In this document: piece after piece, positions 26,552 to 28,844 of the stretch
Numbering within the stretch: the first letter of the stretch is position 1
Layout of the letters: each line of letters starts with the position of its first letter
Virus record (IMG/VR): IMGVR_UViG_3300023252_000167
Coordinates: 1-28,844 of that record
Strand: one strand, 5' to 3'
DNA: 28,844 nt
DNA from: a virus
Taxonomy: Duplodnaviria > Caudoviricetes
Position numbers and translations under genes: made by a program
Notes under the pieces: generated by a model
Database searches by the model: none
The model's input: only the letters and a program-made list of their open reading frames with translations
What the model was told of the DNA's origin: nothing

Positions 26552-26735
26552 TGACCGCGCCAGCTTCAAGCCCGTTAAGATCGCGCAATTCGTCGGCAAC
26601 TATGCATCTCGGCCAATATTGCGGAATTCTAGAAGATCGCGATGCTCATTCATCTTGTGTGCTACTAGATCGCATGTCAGTAAAAACAGTCGTCCGTCGC
26701 GCTAGGTCGGTCATTCAATTGGTATTGGTAGGTGT

Positions 26736-27011
26736 GTGGTGTCTGCAGATCGTGGAGGGGGACCGTTCTCAGCCGACGTTATAGCGCGAGCCTCGTCAGC
26801 GCTGCTACGCCGTCTGAATGAAGCGAGTTCGGCTAGTGAGCTTGTAACTCGCGCAATGGACTGCGAAAACTTTCTCCAAGACATGGGGGACAAAAGTCGA
26901 ATAACTGCTTTGGAGTTAGAAAGGTTGCATGCGATGTTCGATGCCGCCGTTGAAATCAAGATCCGCGAGTTTATGCCAAGCTTACCTGGCATGCCGATGG
27001 GCCGATGGTAA
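26736..27011 (+). CDS. Hypothetical helical protein
   Basis: 91-aa ORF filling the gap between the two receiver genes; start codon uncertain. Confidence 0.5.
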   Translation: MVSADRGGGPFSADVIARASSALLRRLNEASSASELVTRAMDCENFLQDMGDKSRITALELERLHAMFDAAVEIKIREFMPSLPGMPMGRW

Positions 27012-27054
27012 GACGTCCGTCCGCTGTACCCGCGCGTTGAGAATGTATGACGCT

Positions 27055-27444
27055 TTATTGCTGCGTAAAAATTCTTTTCACGGTTGAACAGAGCGCATCG
27101 ATGGGCCAAGGCTTCTGCAGGTAGACAGTTTCTTGGGGCAACGCCTTGAATTCAAGTCCACACGCGCAAGTCAATATGACGGGTAGATACGGCCATTTAG
27201 CTCGGAACATTTCTGATAGCGCTAAGCCGGACAGCCTTCCAGGTCCGTGATCGGTGATCAACAGTGAGCAGGCTCCATGAGAGTCCAAAATGTAGTCTAA
27301 GGCTTCAGTGGCAGTACCGAATGTAACGATCTCAGCTCGAATCCCCTGCAATATCTCGACCATCAGTTCGCGAACAATCACATCGCTTTCAACAATGACG
27401 ATTTCCCGGTGGATTGGCAGAACGCCTGACCATACATGTGTCAT
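27055..27444 (-). CDS. Divergent single-domain receiver (CheY-like) protein
   Basis: GGAG SD and ATG at 27444. IVIVES, LLITD, PVILT and YLQKPW motifs. Confidence 0.78.
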   Translation of the reverse strand: MTHVWSGVLPIHREIVIVESDVIVRELMVEILQGIRAEIVTFGTATEALDYILDSHGACSLLITDHGPGRLSGLALSEMFRAKWPYLPVILTCACGLEFKALPQETVYLQKPWPIDALCSTVKRIFTQQ

Positions 27445-27614
27445 GGCAATCTCCACCTAGGGGTTATCCTGATCAGTCTACTCTCAATCAGGAGTCTGAC
27501 TTAGACGCTTTTTTCTCCAATTCTGATCGAAGACTGATTCCGTTCTCAGAAGCGGTCTCGGTTTACAAGCGTCCATGTTGACGGCTCACCTCTCAACTGG
27601 CACGCAATGCGTCT

Positions 27615-28313
27615 CTACTGCTTTTTCGGTTCAATCAGATGCGCGCCTTGATTTCTCACATTTCCTACATCCTTGCTCACCTCGAACCAGGTGAACTCTT
27701 CAGTCGGTCTGCAGCACTCCTTCGCAATTTCGGCGGCGCGCTCCGGCGTTGTTTCCGGATCGACCCATTCCCGGGCGTGCTCTGGACTCAGCACTACCGG
27801 TCGCCGGTCGTGAATGTCCACCATCCCCTGATCTGAATCGGCCGTGATGATCACGAACCCGTCCTGCGGGTCAGGCTCCAGCCCCTGATGCACCTCCGCC
27901 AGCGCAGCGAAGAACATCGGGCTTTCCTCCTTCAGCCTGATGAAATACGGCTGCTTCTTCTTCGGATCATCCGGATCCTTCACCCACTCAAACCAACCAT
28001 TCGCCGGCGCCAGTGCGCGGCCGTTCGGCCACACCTGTTTGAAGTACTTCCCCGTCATCACCGTCTCGACCCTGGCGTTTATGGGAGCGGGGCGCTTCGC
28101 ATCCTTCTTCGCCCAGAACGGCGACCATCCCCATTTCACTTTGTCGACGCTCAAGCCTTCCTCGGTCGGCCGGATGATCTCCACGCGAGTCGACGGCGCG
28201 ACGTTGTAGCGCTCAATCGGCCATAGGTCGTAGCCATTGATTACCAACTGCTTTGGCGCGAGCTCCTTGAGGTAATGGTCCATTGATTCGTAGATCGAGT
28301 AGCGTCCGCACAT
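27615..28313 (-). CDS. SOS response-associated peptidase (SRAP / YedK / HMCES family)
   Basis: MCGRY (Cys2), YNVAPS, INARVE, GWFEW and IHDRRP motifs. Confidence 0.95.
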   Translation of the reverse strand: MCGRYSIYESMDHYLKELAPKQLVINGYDLWPIERYNVAPSTRVEIIRPTEEGLSVDKVKWGWSPFWAKKDAKRPAPINARVETVMTGKYFKQVWPNGRALAPANGWFEWVKDPDDPKKKQPYFIRLKEESPMFFAALAEVHQGLEPDPQDGFVIITADSDQGMVDIHDRRPVVLSPEHAREWVDPETTPERAAEIAKECCRPTEEFTWFEVSKDVGNVRNQGAHLIEPKKQ

Positions 28314-28373
28314 GGTGTCACCCGTCGAAATTTCCTATACATGAGATTGACCGCAAGCGGACAAGAACGTTAA

Positions 28374-28389
28374 CTGTATATACATACAG
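28374..28389. promoter_or_regulatory. LexA SOS box
   Basis: CTGTATATACATACAG (CTGT-N8-ACAG) in the divergent SRAP/umuD intergenic region; TTGACC at 28347-28352. Confidence 0.92.
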
Positions 28390-28412
28390 TTAATCAAAAC
28401 AAGGCTTGCATC

Positions 28413-28844
28413 ATGAGCGTCACGATCCTCGGCCCGCTGTCGGCCGGCGGCGAAAAGCTGCCCCTTTACTCCTTCCACGTCCCGGCTGGCTTCCCGTCGC
28501 CGGCTGCCGATCACATCGAGAAGCACATCTCACTCGATGAGCTCTTCGACATCCGCGCGCCGCACGTGTACTTGGTGAAGATCGAGGGCGACAGCATGCA
28601 GGGCGCAGGGATCTACTGCGGTGACCTGGTGATTGTAGATCGCAGCCTTTACGCCGAGCACGGCGACATCGTGATTGCCGCCCTGAACTCGGAGCCCGTA
28701 TGCAAACGGCTGCACATGCGCGGGAACGAGGTCATCCTGAAGTCAGAGAATCCGAAGTACCCGTCTCGCCACGTGATGGAAGGGGACGAGCTTGTGATCT
28801 GGGGCGTGGTGAAATACAGCGTCCGCGATCATGACAAAGCCTGA
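28413..28844 (+). CDS. umuD: UmuD/RulA-like S24 autopeptidase (Pol V subunit)
   Basis: AGFPSPA cleavage site, GDSM catalytic Ser and CKRL catalytic Lys. An overlapping ATG at 28831 may start umuC/rulB beyond the window. Confidence 0.9.
   Translation: MSVTILGPLSAGGEKLPLYSFHVPAGFPSPAADHIEKHISLDELFDIRAPHVYLVKIEGDSMQGAGIYCGDLVIVDRSLYAEHGDIVIAALNSEPVCKRLHMRGNEVILKSENPKYPSRHVMEGDELVIWGVVKYSVRDHDKA

Noticed and set aside
25650-28844. Prophage right attachment site
   Set aside because: No tRNA fragment or partner repeat is visible; the boundary cannot be placed from this window.

Overview
The window is the late (virion and lysis) half of a temperate lambda-like siphovirus, most likely a Pseudomonas prophage (inferred from protein families, GC-rich codon use and the E. 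coli-type SOS box). Gene order on + is: terminase large subunit (5' end missing), portal, SPP1 gp7-like head protein, scaffold, major capsid, neck genes, tail tube, frameshifted G/GT chaperones, tape measure, M/L/K/I/J-like tail tip, two post-J proteins, lambda R-type endolysin and Rz/Rz1 spanins. No holin or lateral tail fibre is visible. The right end holds two kinase-less receiver proteins, an SRAP peptidase and a LexA-boxed umuD/rulA gene. The most unusual parts are: (1) a moron cluster between tail K and I with a mini-protein resembling pieces of gpJ, an antisense gene with a structured leader, a DUF4236 membrane protein, a 43-aa secreted Cys/His peptide flanked by 23/25-identical terminator repeats, and a lipoprotein; (2) a second, displaced head-tail-adaptor-like gene in the head module; (3) an orphan phytochrome-type response regulator. 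All family calls come from motif recognition and synteny; no database searches were run.
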